Under the pieces are notes generated by a model, which ran no database searches, was not told where the DNA came from, and was given only the letters and a program-made list of their open reading frames with translations. A stretch of DNA of 48,375 nucleotides. Source: Paraspadella gotoi. Taxonomy: Eukaryota; Animalia; Chaetognatha. This document shows positions 13,248 to 26,099 of this stretch, in pieces; positions within the stretch are counted from its first letter, which is position 1; each line of letters starts with the position of its first letter. The position numbers were made by a program, and so were the translations under genes. The stretch lies in assembly GCA_051294375.1 (NCBI GenBank), contig CM119264.1, forward strand, positions 31,418,667-31,467,041. Reading direction: 5' to 3'.

Positions 13248-13572
13248 GATGGGAGAGTGAGATGGGAAGTGAGATGGAAGTGAGATGGAAGTTAAATGGG
13301 AAGTGAGTGTGAAATGAGATGGGAAGTGATATGGGCAGTGAGATGGTAAGTGGAGATGGGAAGTGAGATGGGAAATGAGTTGGGAAGTGAGATGTGAAAT
13401 GAGATGAGAAGTGGATGGGAAGTTAAATGGGAAGTGAGATGTGATGAGATGTAGGACAGTGATATGGGCAGTGAGATGGCAAGTGAGATGGAAGTGAGAT
13501 GGGAAATGAGTTGGGAAGTGAGATGTGAAATGAGATGAGAAGTGGGATGGGAGTGAGATGAAAGCTGGGATG
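13248..13572. repeat. 12-bp minisatellite (GGGAAGTGAGAT)n
   Basis: Tandem units. The complement is visible at ~7262-7359 before an N run. Confidence 0.9.
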
Positions 13573-13584
13573 TGAAGGTGAATG

Positions 13585-13628
<44 letters not shown>

Positions 13629-14411
13629 CGAGAGAGAAAAGAACGAGATCACAAATCATTAACTTATATCAACATTAAGAAGCTCAAGATTGAATTAGTT
13701 TATGTAGTGGTGAAGGAGAAGGGAGTGATACTTTTTTACAAATGTATAACAGTTCTGATAGTTTAAACATTTGTTAAATTTTAGAAGACAATTTTTATCG
13801 TGAATTTTTCCCTTTTTAAAAAAAGGTCATAACAAAGACTTTTTTTTTCAACTGAAAATTCTTTTATGTAAATGGGTTACAAGTCGTTTACTCCGCGGCC
13901 TGTATTTTACAAAATCCGTTAAAAAAAAAAACCAAAAACCAAAAAACCAAAAACCTGAATAAAAACCTCATTTTTTAAAATTTTATTAATCTTGTTCTCT
14001 TCCCTATTTTTTTTCTTTATTTTTTCTTTTTTTTTCTTTTTTCTTTTAATTTTTTCTTTTAATTTTTTCTTTTTTTTATTTTTTTTTTTTTCATTTTCTT
14101 TTCGCCTTACTTTTCTTCCTACTTTTTTTCCTTTCAGTTTCTTTTTAAATTTTCCTTTTTTTTCGTTTCCGTTTCACGAAATTTGGACGGATGAAAATTT
14201 TCTATGCGCTCAAGATGCATAAACGACGAGGAAGATATGATGATGATTGCTGATGAGGATCATATAAAAACTAATCCTTAAATATTAATGCAGAAACCAA
14301 CTTAAACAGAAACCAAATAACAACAAACAAACAAAAGAAAAAACAAAGAAAAAAAATATAATTGAATCGTAAACAAAACTCAATCGAGAAAATTTAGAGA
14401 AGGGAAAAACA

Positions 14412-14485
14412 GACGACGACGTGACGACGACGATGACGACGACGATGATGACGACGACGATGACGACCGACGATGACGACGATGA

Positions 14486-14521
<36 letters not shown>

Positions 14522-14634
14522 TTGATGACGCGACGATGACGACGACGATGACGACGATTGACGACGACGATGACGACGACGATGATGACGACGACGATTG
14601 ACGACGATGACGACGAACGACGATGACGACGACT
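14412..14634. repeat. (GAC/GAT)n compound trinucleotide microsatellite
   Basis: Direct inspection. Corresponds to the N run at 6162-6407 in the left arm. Confidence 0.93.
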
Positions 14635-14876
14635 ATGAAGACGTTTACTTTTTGATATTTCAATGTCGGATGAGAGAGAAGAGAGTAGAGAGAAAGAGAG
14701 GAGAGAGAGAGAGAGTTCTTTTGATTTATTGTTTTTCTCTCAGCTCCGAAGTGGACGAATTAATTGAAATTACTTCATTCAGGTTAAAGCCAAAATATTA
14801 TTCTTATTAAATGGTCAAAACTTATGCAGTGACTAAATTTCTTTTAATTTATTCGTTCTACGCCCTTTCAGTTTAG

Positions 14877-14924
<48 letters not shown>

Positions 14925-14933
14925 GTCTCTCTC

Positions 14934-14984
<51 letters not shown>

Positions 14985-17340
14985 TTCTTTACTTTCCTCT
15001 CTGGAGTGACGTTGAAATGTGGCGAGAGAATTCGTAAAATCCAGACCGGAAAAGACGATGAATCTAAGTCGTTTCTGTTCCGTTCTTTCTCTCTTTCTTT
15101 CTTTCTCTCTTCTTTTCTTTCTCTCTTTCTCTCTTTCTTTTTTATATTCGGTTATCTTTCTTTCTTTATTTTTTTTTCTCTTTTTTTAATTCTTTCTTTT
15201 CTCTTATTTCTCACATCATTTTTCTACACAGACTGAAATGGGCAAAACTTATCAATCTCGCAAACAAGTCACAGTACTTTTTCAGTTACATCCTTCACTC
15301 AGCTGCTTTCGCCTTTTACATACGCGGGAAAGAGAACGTTTTAAACGAGTTTCGTTGTTCGGCGGAAAAACAAATGGAGAGAGAAATTTTCGCGCCATTG
15401 TAGTCGTTGTGTTCCTTGGCGTGGTCGTTCATTGTGGGTCGTTCATTGTGGTCGTCATTATGGCGCCATTGTGCGTCTCATTGTGGTCGTCATTGTGGTC
15501 GTCATTATGATCGCCCATTGTGGTCGTCATTGTGATCGTCATTGTGGTTCGGCCATGATTGTCGCAATGTGGGGTCGTCATTGTGGTTTATTTCTTGATC
15601 TTTGTTGTCTTTTTCGTGTGCGTCGTCGTTCTGAGTGAATCTCTCTTTTTCTTTCCATTTTCTCATTTCTCTCCTTTCTATCTTTCTTTCCATTTTCCCT
15701 TCTCTCTCTTTCCTATCTTTCTTTCTCATCTTTCTTTTCCAATATCTCAATTTTTTCTTTCCTATTTCGTGCCTCATAAACGACAAAAAGAGGTTTAATC
15801 GTTTCAACCATTAGTTATGAGACGAAATGTTTTTGGTCTCCTCGTCTCACAACCCCCACCCTCTCCTTTCCTAAATGCCCCAAATGCCCCAAATGCCCCA
15901 TATGCCCCCACCCTCTGCTTTCCCAAATTTCCCAAACCTTTCTCCGATGCCCCTATGCTTCATTCGCGCCCCATTTAAGAAAAAAAAAGAAAATAGAAAA
16001 AAACAAAATCAGTTGAGCGAAAAAACTCGAAATTAAACTTATGATAAAAGCGATGATGATAATGAGAACGGTGATAGAAAATCGTGGAATTCATAGTTTT
16101 TTTTTTTTAAGATTCATGTTAAAAATTCTAAAATTTTTAAAAAATCGTCGGTTTTTGCTTTTCACTAAAATTCGCAAAAATAACCAGAAAAACAACAACA
16201 AAGACCAAAACAATAACAACAGCAACAACAACGACAAGAACAACAACGACAACAACAAGGCGAAGTGTCGAACCTCATTTTTCAAAAAAATGTAGATGAG
16301 AATTTTTTGTCAACCAAGAAAAAGTCTTTTCCCCTTTTAACACCAGATTTTCGTGGGTTTCAGAGTTTCGGGAAAAAAAAGGAATGAAAAGAAGAAAAAG
16401 AAAAGAAAGAAAAAAAGGAAACAAAGAGAGAAAAAAAAAGAGACAAATATAGAGAAGAAATAAAAAGAAAGGTAAGAAAATAAAGGAAGGAAGAGAAACA
16501 AAGAAAAAAAGAAAAGATAAAATGAAAAAAAATCGAAAATAAAAAAAGGAAAGAAGGAAAAATGAAAGGAAAAGAGAAAAAAAAAAGGAAAAATAAAAAA
16601 AAAAGAGAAAAAAAGGAAAGGTGTTCAGGCGTCAGTCGTCGGGGGAATCTTAACACCATTCATCACAATTAATGTAGGCGCTCTCCCTCTCCCTCTCTCT
16701 CACCCTCCCTCTGTCTTCACCCTCTCGNNNNNNNNNNNNNNNNNNNNNNNNNNNNNNNNNNNNNNNNNNNNNNNNNNNNNNNNNNNNNNNNNNNNNNNNN
16801 NNNNNNNNNNNNNNNNNNNNNNNNNNNNNNNNNNNNNNNNNNNNNNNNNNNTCTCTCTCTCTCCCCCTTTTTCCCATGGCTTCCGCTTATCCCTCCTCTT
16901 TCTTCTTTATCTTTCCTCCCTGTGTTTTTCCTTCACCCTTTCTCTTCCTCCCTCTCCTCATTCTCCCCTCTTCCTCCTCCTCTTCCTCCTCTTCCTCCTC
17001 TTAACCCTACCTCATTCCAAAAAGGATTAAGCGAAAACTCAACTCAAAAGTCGAACTGAATTTTTAATTAGAAAATTAAAAAAAAGGTTTTAATTCCAAC
17101 GGAAAAAAAATAAGNNNNNNNNNNNNNNNNNNNNNNNNNNNNNNNNNNNNNNNNNNNNNNNNNNNNNNNNNNNNNNNNNNNNNNNNNNNNNNNNNNNNNN
17201 NATGACGTCACTCAATTTATATTTTTTTTTCAAACCTTAAATTTTATTTATGAAAAAGTGAGTAATTATTTGACTGATTATTTACTTCACTTTTCTTTTC
17301 TTGTTTCACTGTCTGACTGAACGCAACGTAAATTTTACCC

Positions 17341-17618
17341 CATATTTTCCAAAAGTTTACCATTTCAGGAATTATGTTTAGAATCTGGTTAAGAATTTAG
17401 CTATTAGGGTTGGAAATAAGAATTGAGCCTTAAAATTTGAAGTTAGGGGTTAGGGATTAGAATTAGAGGTCAAGTTAAGATTATGTTCAAGATNNNNNNN
17501 NNNNNNNNNNNNNNNNNNNNNNNNNNNNNNNNNNNNNNNNNNNNNNNNNNNNNNNNNNNNNNNNNNNNNNNNNNNNNNNNNNNNNNNNNNNNNNNNNNNT
17601 ACTTTCAGAAAATAGTGT
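17341..17618. mobile_element. Possible small MITE with a degenerate TTAGGG-like hexamer interior
   Basis: CATATTTTCCAAAAGT at the left and ACTTTCAGAAAATAGTG at the right are imperfect inverted ends. Interior reads TTAGGGGTTAGGGATTAGAATTAGAG. A similar CACTATTTTCCAAAAT followed by a CTAACC/CTAAT-rich tract occurs at 9-180. Confidence 0.4.
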
Positions 17619-18574
17619 GAGACTTTCATTTTTCTCTCATATCGTGTCAGAGTCGTTGTTCACTTTTCACTCTGTCAGTCTGTATATAAAAAGTTCAATT
17701 AAATTTAAGGTAATAAGCGAATTTGACGGTGACTGCCTGAGACTAACAGACTGACAGTTGGATGAAGTGACAGACCAACCAACAGACAAACGACCGACAA
17801 ACAGACAGACAAACCGACAGACAAACCGACAGANNNNNNNNNNNNNNNNNNNNNNNNNNNNNNNNNNNNNNNNNNNNNNNNNNNNNNNNNNNNNNNNNNN
17901 NNNNNNNNNNNNNNNNNNNNNNNNNNNNNNNNNNNNNNNNNNNNNNNNNNNNNNNNNNNNNNNNNNNNNNNNNNNNNNNNNNNNNNNNNNNNNNNNNNNN
18001 NNNNNNNNNNNNNNNNNNNNNNNNNNNNNNNNNNNNNNNNNNNNNNNNNNNNNNNNNNNNNNNNNNNNNNNNNNNNNNNNNNNCGACGACGAAGATGACG
18101 ACGACGAAGATGACGACGACGACAGCGTTAATGATTTTACGTACAACTCGGATTCACCTTAACTGGTAAACTGACTACTAGATATGATAGTATATAATCA
18201 TTTTCTCCTAAAATGATTAATTGCAAATCTTAACAATTCCTGTCAAGTCTTCCAAGCTTTTTCTAATCATGTCATTCAATGAGAAACCTTTACAAGCTTC
18301 TACCTTTACAAGCTTCTACCGTCCCGTTCAAGCTGTTCCTTTGAATCTTTCTCAGTCCTAGACAAGCTTTAACCTTCCTTTTAAAGCATTCATCGTTTCT
18401 TCCAAAGCTTTCACCAACAGTGAAAGCTTGTCAGGTCCAAGCTTTTATAATCGCTGCCAAGCAATGGCCGAGGTCGTCAAGCATTCGTCGTCTCCCCTTC
18501 GACCGAGAGAGCAAATGGTGACTGTCATTATTCCACTTTCCAAGACAGATGATCTCAGACTCTATTTGAGATGG

Positions 18575-18615
<41 letters not shown>

Positions 18616-19371
18616 TAAAGGGGCTTTTCTCCATGAGTTATTCATATTTGCCATTATGATCATCATCATCATCATCATCATCATCATCTTCATCATCATC
18701 GTTATCTTCATTATACGATAAGTTGATTGTTTATTTAAATAAAAAAAGTTTTATTCACAAAATGATGAGATAGACAAACTCTCTCGCCATCTGGAGCACT
18801 CATTTCTCTCTCTGCCTCCACCTCCCTCTTTCCACCTCCTCCCCCTTTCCTCCTCTTCTTCTTCCTCTTCCTCTTTCCTCCTCTTTTTNNNNNNNNNNNN
18901 NNNNNNNNNNNNNNNNNNNNNNNNNNNNNNNNNNNNNNNNNNNNNNNNNNNNNNNNNNNNNNNNNNNNNNNNNNNNNNNNNNNNNNNNNNNNNNNNNNNN
19001 NNNNNNNNNNNNNNNNNNNNNNNNNNNNNNNNNNNNNNNNNNNNNNNNNNNNNNNNNNNNNNNNNNNNNNNNNNNNNNNNNNNNNNNNNNNNNNNNNNNN
19101 NNNNNNNNNNNNNNNNNNNNNNNNNNNNNNNNNNNNNNNNNNNNNNNNNNNNNNNNNCTCCTCCTCCGCCTCTTCTTCATCCTACCTTTCTTCTTCTTCC
19201 TCCCTTATTTCCTCTTCTCTGGTAAAGCGACATTAAACCTAAGTAGCATCGTTCGCAACTCGAGATTAGATGCGTCGCCAAATGTCATGAGGCATCTCTT
19301 TAAAGAGAATTTTAGGTTATTTTAAGATACATAATTATCTTTCATTGTTGACAGAGAGAGAGGGAGAGAGA

Positions 19372-19417
<46 letters not shown>

Positions 19418-19964
19418 GATGGGAGAGAGAAAGAGAACAAATAAGTTTTCACCCATATAAATTAAACTAATTTTTTTTAATAAATATTCTTTTCTAATTC
19501 GCGATTTTAATTAAAAATGTATTTCATTTCAATTTACTATCTCTCTTTTTCTTTGTCTCTCNNNNNNNNNNNNNNNNNNNNNNNNNNNNNNNNNNNNNNN
19601 NNNNNNNNNNNNNNNNNNNNNNNNNNNNNNNNNNNNNNNNNNNNNNNNNNNNNNNNNNNNNNNNNNNNNNNNNNNNNNNNNNNNNNNNNNNNNNNNNNNN
19701 NNNNNNNNNNNNNNNNNNNNNNNNNNNNNNNNNNNNNNNNNAAAAAAACAAAGGTTAGATGAAATGAGAAAATATGAAGATTTCACTTTGTTGCCTCGAG
19801 TGAGTGAGGAGTCACAGATGGGATATCACAGATGGGATATCACAGATGGGGAGGCACGGATGAAATAAATGCGGAAGATGGAAAAAACAAATAAATGAGA
19901 AAAAGTAATAAAAGGATAAAAGAAAGAAAAAGGATAAAAGAACAATATACATGAGGAACTGTTA

Positions 19965-20019
<55 letters not shown>

Positions 20020-20198
20020 AACCACTTTTGAATCAACTAAAGAACAGCGACCCAAAATAGATTGAAACATTTCCCGACGTTTTTAAGCTTGAGAAACGAG
20101 ACACATCAGAAGTCAAATTACTGTCATCGTCGTTGCACCAACAGCATCGTCGTTTTTTTTTCATTTCTTCGTCGTCATCATCATCATCATCATCATCA

Positions 20199-20230
<32 letters not shown>

Positions 20231-22097
20231 TTATACCATTGCATACTTATTACTTCAAGTAAACCTTATCGTTAATTCGTCATAGTTATTTTATTNNNNN
20301 NNNNNNNNNNNNNNNNNNNNNNNNNNNNNNNNNNNNNNNNNNNNNNNNNNNNNNNNNNNNNNNNNNNNNNNNNNNNNNNNNNNNNNNNNNNNNNNNNNNN
20401 NNNNNNNNNNNNNNNNNNNNNNNNNNNNNNNNNNNNNNNNNNNNNNNNNNNNNNNNNNNNNNNNNNNNNNNNNNNNNNNNNNNNNNNNNNNNNNNNNNNN
20501 NNNNNNNNNNNNNNNNNNNNNNNNNNNNNNNNNNNNNNNNNNNNNNNNNNNNNNNNNNNNNNNNNNNNNNNNNNNNNNNNNNNNNNNNNNNNNNNNNNNN
20601 NNNNNNNNNNNNNNNNNNNNNNNNNNNNNNNNNNNNNNNNNNNNNNNNNNNNNNNNNNNNNNNNAATATAGAAAAAATCTGACTATAATTTTATATAAGT
20701 AAATTTGAACTATTATCATTTAATCTCAACCATTCAAAATGATATCACAATGTCACAATATCACAATGTCACAATGTCGTCACCGATCTCAACTTATAAA
20801 CCCTTTTTATTCTCTCTCATTCATATTTAACTCTTTTTCTTTCTTTTCCTTTTGTCATTTCTCTTCCCTTTTTTCCTTCTCTTTCCTTTCTTTTCCTATT
20901 CTCATTTCTCTTCTCTTTTCTTTTTTTCTTCTTTTTCCTTTCTTTTCCTATTCTCATTTCTCTTCTCTTTTCTTTTTTTCTTCTCTTTCCTTCCTTTTCC
21001 TTTTCTCATTTCTCTTCTCTTTTTTTCCCTTCTCTTTCCTTTTATTTTCTTTTCTCATTTCTCTTTCTCTTTTCCTTTTTTCTTTTTTTCCCTTTATTTT
21101 CCTATTCTCATTTCTCTTCTCTTTTCTTTTTTTCTTCTCTTTCCTTTCTTTTTTATTCTCGTTTTTCTTCTCTTTTCTTTTTTTCTTCTCTTTCCTTTAT
21201 TTTCCTATTCTCATTTCTCTTCTCTTTTCTTTTTTCTTCTCTTTCCTTTATTTTCCTTTTCTCATTTCTCTTCTCTTTTTTNNNNNNNNNNNNNNNNNNN
21301 NNNNNNNNNNNNNNNNNNNNNNNNNNNNNNNNNNNNNNNNNNNNNNNNNNNNNNNNNNNNNNNNNNNNNNNNNNNNNNNNNNNNNNNNNNNNNNNNNNNN
21401 NNNNNNNNNNNNNNNNNNNNNNNNNNNNNNNNNNNNNNNNNNNNNNNNNNNNNNNNNNNNNNNNNNNNNNNNNNNNNNNNNNNNNNNNNNNNNNNNNTTT
21501 TTCTTCTATTTCCTTTCTTTTCCTATTTTCATTTATCTTCTCTTTTCCTTTTTTCTTCTCTTTCTTTTATTTTCCTTTTCTCATTCTCTTCTTTTTTCTT
21601 TTTTTCTTCTCTTTCTTTTCTTTTCCTTTTCTCATTTCTCTTTCTCTTTCTCTTTTCTTTTTTTCCTTCTTTTTTCTTTCTTTTCTTTTCTTTCACTTCT
21701 CTCATCTTCTTTTTTTTTCATCTCGATTTTTTTTAACTGCGAATTTGAAAGCTGCAGTTTTGCAGTATATCAAAAAAGGCGTTGGCATTTAGTGCNNNNN
21801 NNNNNNNNNNNNNNNNNNNNNNNNNNNNNNNNNNNNNNNNNNNNNNNNNNNNNNNNNNNNNNNNNNNNNNNNNNNNNNNNNNNNNNNNNNNNNNNNNNNN
21901 NNNNNNNNNNNNNNNNNNNNNNNNNNNNNNNNNNNNNNNNNNNNNNNNNNNNNNNNNNNNNNNNNNNNNNNNNNNNNNNNNNNNNNNNNNNNNNNNNNNN
22001 NNNNNNNNNNNNNNNNNNNNNNNNNNNNNNNNNNNNNNNNNNNNNNNNNNNNNNNTGGATGAGACATGACGTGGAAGCTAAGACAAGGTAAAAAAGA

Positions 22098-22623
22098 GTT
22101 TGGTGGTTTAAGATTTCCATCACTTTGCTGGTTTAAGACCTCCATTCACTTTGATGGTTTCAAGACCTCCATCACTTTTGGGGTTAAGATCTCCATCACT
22201 TTGGTGGTTTAAGATTCCATTTCACTTTGGTGTTGTAAAAATTTCCATCACTTTGCTGGTTTAAGACTCCAGTCACTTTGATGGTTTTATAGACCTCCAT
22301 CACTTGGTGGTTTAAAGATCTCCATCACTTTTGGTGGTTAAAGATTCCAAATCATTTGCTTGGTTTAAGACTCCAATCATTTTGAAGGTTTAAGACCTCC
22401 ATCACTTTGATGGTTTAAGACCTCATACTGGTTAAGACTCTCACATTTGGTGGTTCAAGTACCTCCATCACGTTTGATGGTTTAAGACCTCCATCACTTT
22501 GATGGTTTAAGACCTCCATCACTTTGGTGGTTTAAGGTATCCATCACTTTGGTGGTTTAAGATCTCCATCACTTTGGTGGTTTAAGATTTCCATCACTTT
22601 GCTGGTTTAAGACCTTCATCACT
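22098..22623. repeat. 25-bp minisatellite (GGTTTAAGACCTCCATCACTTTGAT)n
   Basis: About 21 units. Period measured 22479 to 22504. Confidence 0.95.
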
Positions 22624-23304
22624 CTTACAACATAATTAAATAGCAGTTCCCTACAAGACTCTGTCCCAGATAAATTAGCTTCGAGATCAATGAAGTGGTA
22701 TAATGTTTGTACACACTGTTTTAATTGTAAAAAAGGATCACGCTGCGTTTTGGGTTTATTTTATTTACCTCTCTCTCTCTCTCATGATTTTTTCTCATTT
22801 TTAACCACACTTAACTAATTTCGCGCGAAGCAACAATTAATTCGAATTATCAAAAGAGCAAAAAATGTTGGGATTGATTTGTAAACACTAAACTGGGTTG
22901 ATGACCGAAAAAAAAAATGAAATTGATAAAAAATGGAAATTGAATATTTCAAGCGCCTGAGGGATTTAATCCTTTGAGGAAAAGCGATGATGAGAAAAGC
23001 GATTTGAGGGGAAAGAATTTGAATAAAGCGATTTGAGAAGAGCAATATGTAAAAGCGATAAATTGAAACAGTGCGTTATAAGCAATGATGATGAGTAATA
23101 TATATAAAAGTTATGATTAAAGCTATAATTAAAAAGCAAAAAAAGTAAAAGCGAGAAAAAAAGCAAAGTCTAGATGATTGATAAAAGACAATAACCAAAA
23201 AAATGTTGAAATATTATAATTTTAATTTTATACTTACCATTCTCTCTGTTTGATTAAAAATAAAGTAAACAAAAATAACTAAAAAAACTACAAAAGAGAA
23301 AAAG

Positions 23305-23358
<54 letters not shown>

Positions 23359-23534
23359 TTTAATGAAATCTGTAGTCATTTAATTGTAGACATAAATTTG
23401 TAAACAATTTAATTTTTTCACTCAATAAACTTCGACGTTTCACTTTTTTCTTTTTTTTTCTCGATTCTTCGACGCAAAATTAATCACGATCTTCGCTAGA
23501 CGATTGACCGAGTTGACTCTCTCTCTCTCTCTCT

Positions 23535-23587
<53 letters not shown>

Positions 23588-23694
23588 GATTGACCGAGTT
23601 TGAAAAACCCCGACGAGAATGAGCAGTTGTTGTTGTTGTTGTTGTTTTCTGAAAACTATTTACGTTTCTCCATAAATCATTTAATCAATCAATC

Positions 23695-24320
23695 ATCTTC
23701 ATCGATCAGTCAATCAATCAATCAATCTTCTTCGATCAGTCAAGCAAGCAGAACATCTTCATCGATCAGTCAAGCAAGCAAACATCTTCATCGATCAGTC
23801 AAGCAAGGGCAAACATCTTCATCGATCAGTCAATCAAGCAACATCTTCATCGATCAGTCAATCCAATCAATCATCTTCTTCGATCAGTCAAGCAAGCACA
23901 GAACATCATTCATCAGATCATCATCAAGCAAGACAGCGACCATCTCATCGATCAGTCACATTCAGCCAACATCTTCTTCGATCAGTCATCAAGCAAACAT
24001 CTTCTTATCGATTCAGTTCAAGTCAACGCAAACTCTTCATCGATCAGTCAGATCAAGCAAACATCTTCATCGATCAAGCTCAATCAAGCAAAACATCTTC
24101 ATCGATCAGTCAATCAAGCAAACATCTCTTCGATCAGTCAAGCAAGCAAACATCTTCATCGATCAGTCAATCAGCAAACATTCTTCTTCGATCAGTCAAG
24201 CAAGCAAACATCTTCATTGATCAGTCAATCAAGCAAACATCTTCTTCGATCAGATCAAGCAAGCAAACATCTTCATCGATCAGTCAATCAAGCAAACATC
24301 TCGATCGATCAGTCATCAAG
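23695..24320. repeat. 29-bp minisatellite (ATCTTCATCGATCAGTCAAGCAAGCAAAC)n
   Basis: About 21 units, period 23755 to 23784. Explains ORF 23600..24220. Confidence 0.95.
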
Positions 24321-24606
24321 GCAATATTCTATTTGAATAATTTTTTTCCCTCTCTCCATTTCAGTTTCGTAATTTTCGTCCGACCGTCCGTACGTCTCAC
24401 TTACAGTCCCATACTTCATATTAGTACTTTCAAATTTTTCCACGCAGAGTAATGTTGTTCATTTCAAAGAATTGTGTGGTCTTTAAATCTCATTTAAATA
24501 TTGTAGGAAGTATAGATATCTTTGTTGTGTCTTTTGTTGTCTTCGACGTTTTTTTTTTCTGAGTTTTATCATCTTACCCTCTTCTCTTCTCTTTCTATTT
24601 TCCTTT

Positions 24607-25200
24607 TTAGTCGGATCTGCTTTCAGCAGAATCCCGATCTTATAATTCACTTTGTCGGTCCCTCGGCTCCGCCCTAATCTATGCATTGGCATTCACTTAC
24701 ATATTAGTCAGAACATCGAAATTATGATAAATTATGCAACAAAAAAAAACGATTCGTCCGTCCGCTCCGTCGCCCGTCCCACCTTAACAAAAAGCTTCAA
24801 TAATTCGTGATTGCTGGGTTGGTGATTGGATTGGAATGAAATTTTGTTATTGTGTGGGTAGGAAAGTGTGTGACGAGCTTGATATAAAGTTTTCGGTGGA
24901 AACGTCTGCGAGTGGAAATGAGTTTAAATGAAAAAAAAAACATACTTCTTAACTTATTTTGACCCATAATTACTCGAATTAATCATAATTAAATTAATAG
25001 ATTAAGATGAAATTTTTGTGTGCGGGTAGGAAAGTGTTGGAGAAGCTAGATATAAAGCTTTGACGGAATTTTGCCAGTGGAAATGAGTTTAAATGAAAAA
25101 AACAAAATTATAAAATGTTATAATGTTTATTATAAAATGTGAAAAATGAGGCAATTTAAAAAAATTATGCAAGTTGAAAAAATTATGCAAGTTGAAAAAA
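24607..25200 (+). mobile_element. HINE copy B, 3'-truncated
   Basis: 5' TTAGTCGGATCTGCTTTCAGCAGAATCCCGA, a GTCC microsatellite at ~24757-24780, two ~170-bp internal units (GGGTAGGAAAGTG...GTGGAAATGAGTTTAAATG), then two AAATTATGCAAGTTGA units. No 3' terminus seen. Confidence 0.75.
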
Positions 25201-25744
25201 AGATGCGAATTGTAATAAATGCATGCAATGAAAAAAAATGATTTGAGTGGAAAAAATGATGTGAGTGGAAAAATGATGCGAGTTAAAAAAATGATGCGAG
25301 TTTCGTTTCTTTCTTTTTCTGTTCTTTCCTTTTCTTTTTTGATTTTTCTGTTTTTTCCTTTTCTGTTCTTTCTTTTTCTGTTTTTTCCTTTTCTGTTCCT
25401 TTCTTTTTTGTTTTTTCCTTTTCTGTTCTTTCCTTTTCTGTTTTTTCCTTTTCTGTTTTTTTCTGTTCTTTCCTTTTTTGTTCTTTCCTTTTCTGTTCTT
25501 TTTTTTCTGTTCTTTTCTGTTCTTTTCTTTTCTCTTGTTTTTTTCTGTTCTTTTCTTTTCTGTTCTTTCCTTTTCTGTCCTCTCCCTTTCTTTTCTTTTT
25601 TTTCTGTTTCTTTCTTTTCTGTTTTTTCCTTCCCTTTCCCTCCCAATTGTCTTTTTTCTCTTCCTCACCCCAAAAGCGCCTTTCGTGGATTTGACCAATA
25701 AAAATTCCTTTCACGTTCTCGGGTTACCTCACTCTGCCATGAAT

Positions 25745-25802
<58 letters not shown>

Positions 25803-26099
25803 AGTCCGGTAAGTTGGTAAAAGAGAATTAAAAGAAAAAGAAAAAAGTAGAAAAGTCGATAAAAAATGAAGACGAAAAAAATAACAAGAATGGTGATTCC
25901 AATGTGTTGCGCCGCAGTGACTTTATTTTCATATGTATTTCCCTTTGATCATATGATATGACATGACATGAGCAAAAAAAACTTTCTTAGCACTTGTATT
26001 TATGACATGCTCTGCATCGAGTCTTTTATTCCTTATAGTTTTAGGATTTCCTGAAAGCGGCGCTAGTAGTCCCTTAGGTTAGAGGTTTTTTCCTGTCTT

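Larger units (their letters stand above)
11703..15640 (-). repeat. Right arm of ~4-kb inverted duplication (IR1), indel-rich copy without Ns
   Basis: Colinear reverse complement of 5113-9142 with many 1-bp indels. Supplies sequence where the left arm has N runs. Confidence 0.92.

Noticed and set aside
17405-17470. TTAGGG copies as a true telomere or fusion site
   Set aside because: Only about 3 exact hexamers in a degenerate tract, with no head-to-head array.
18435-18523. Candidate small exons bounded by AG/GT (also ~40035-40125 minus and ~46737-46780 plus)
   Set aside because: Translations are unrecognisable and the splice signals could arise by chance. RNA-seq is needed.
22098-24320. 25- and 29-bp arrays as possible CRISPR repeats (also 37722-38090 and 43068-43730)
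   Set aside because: Units are head-to-tail with no unique spacers, there are no cas genes, and the context is eukaryotic.
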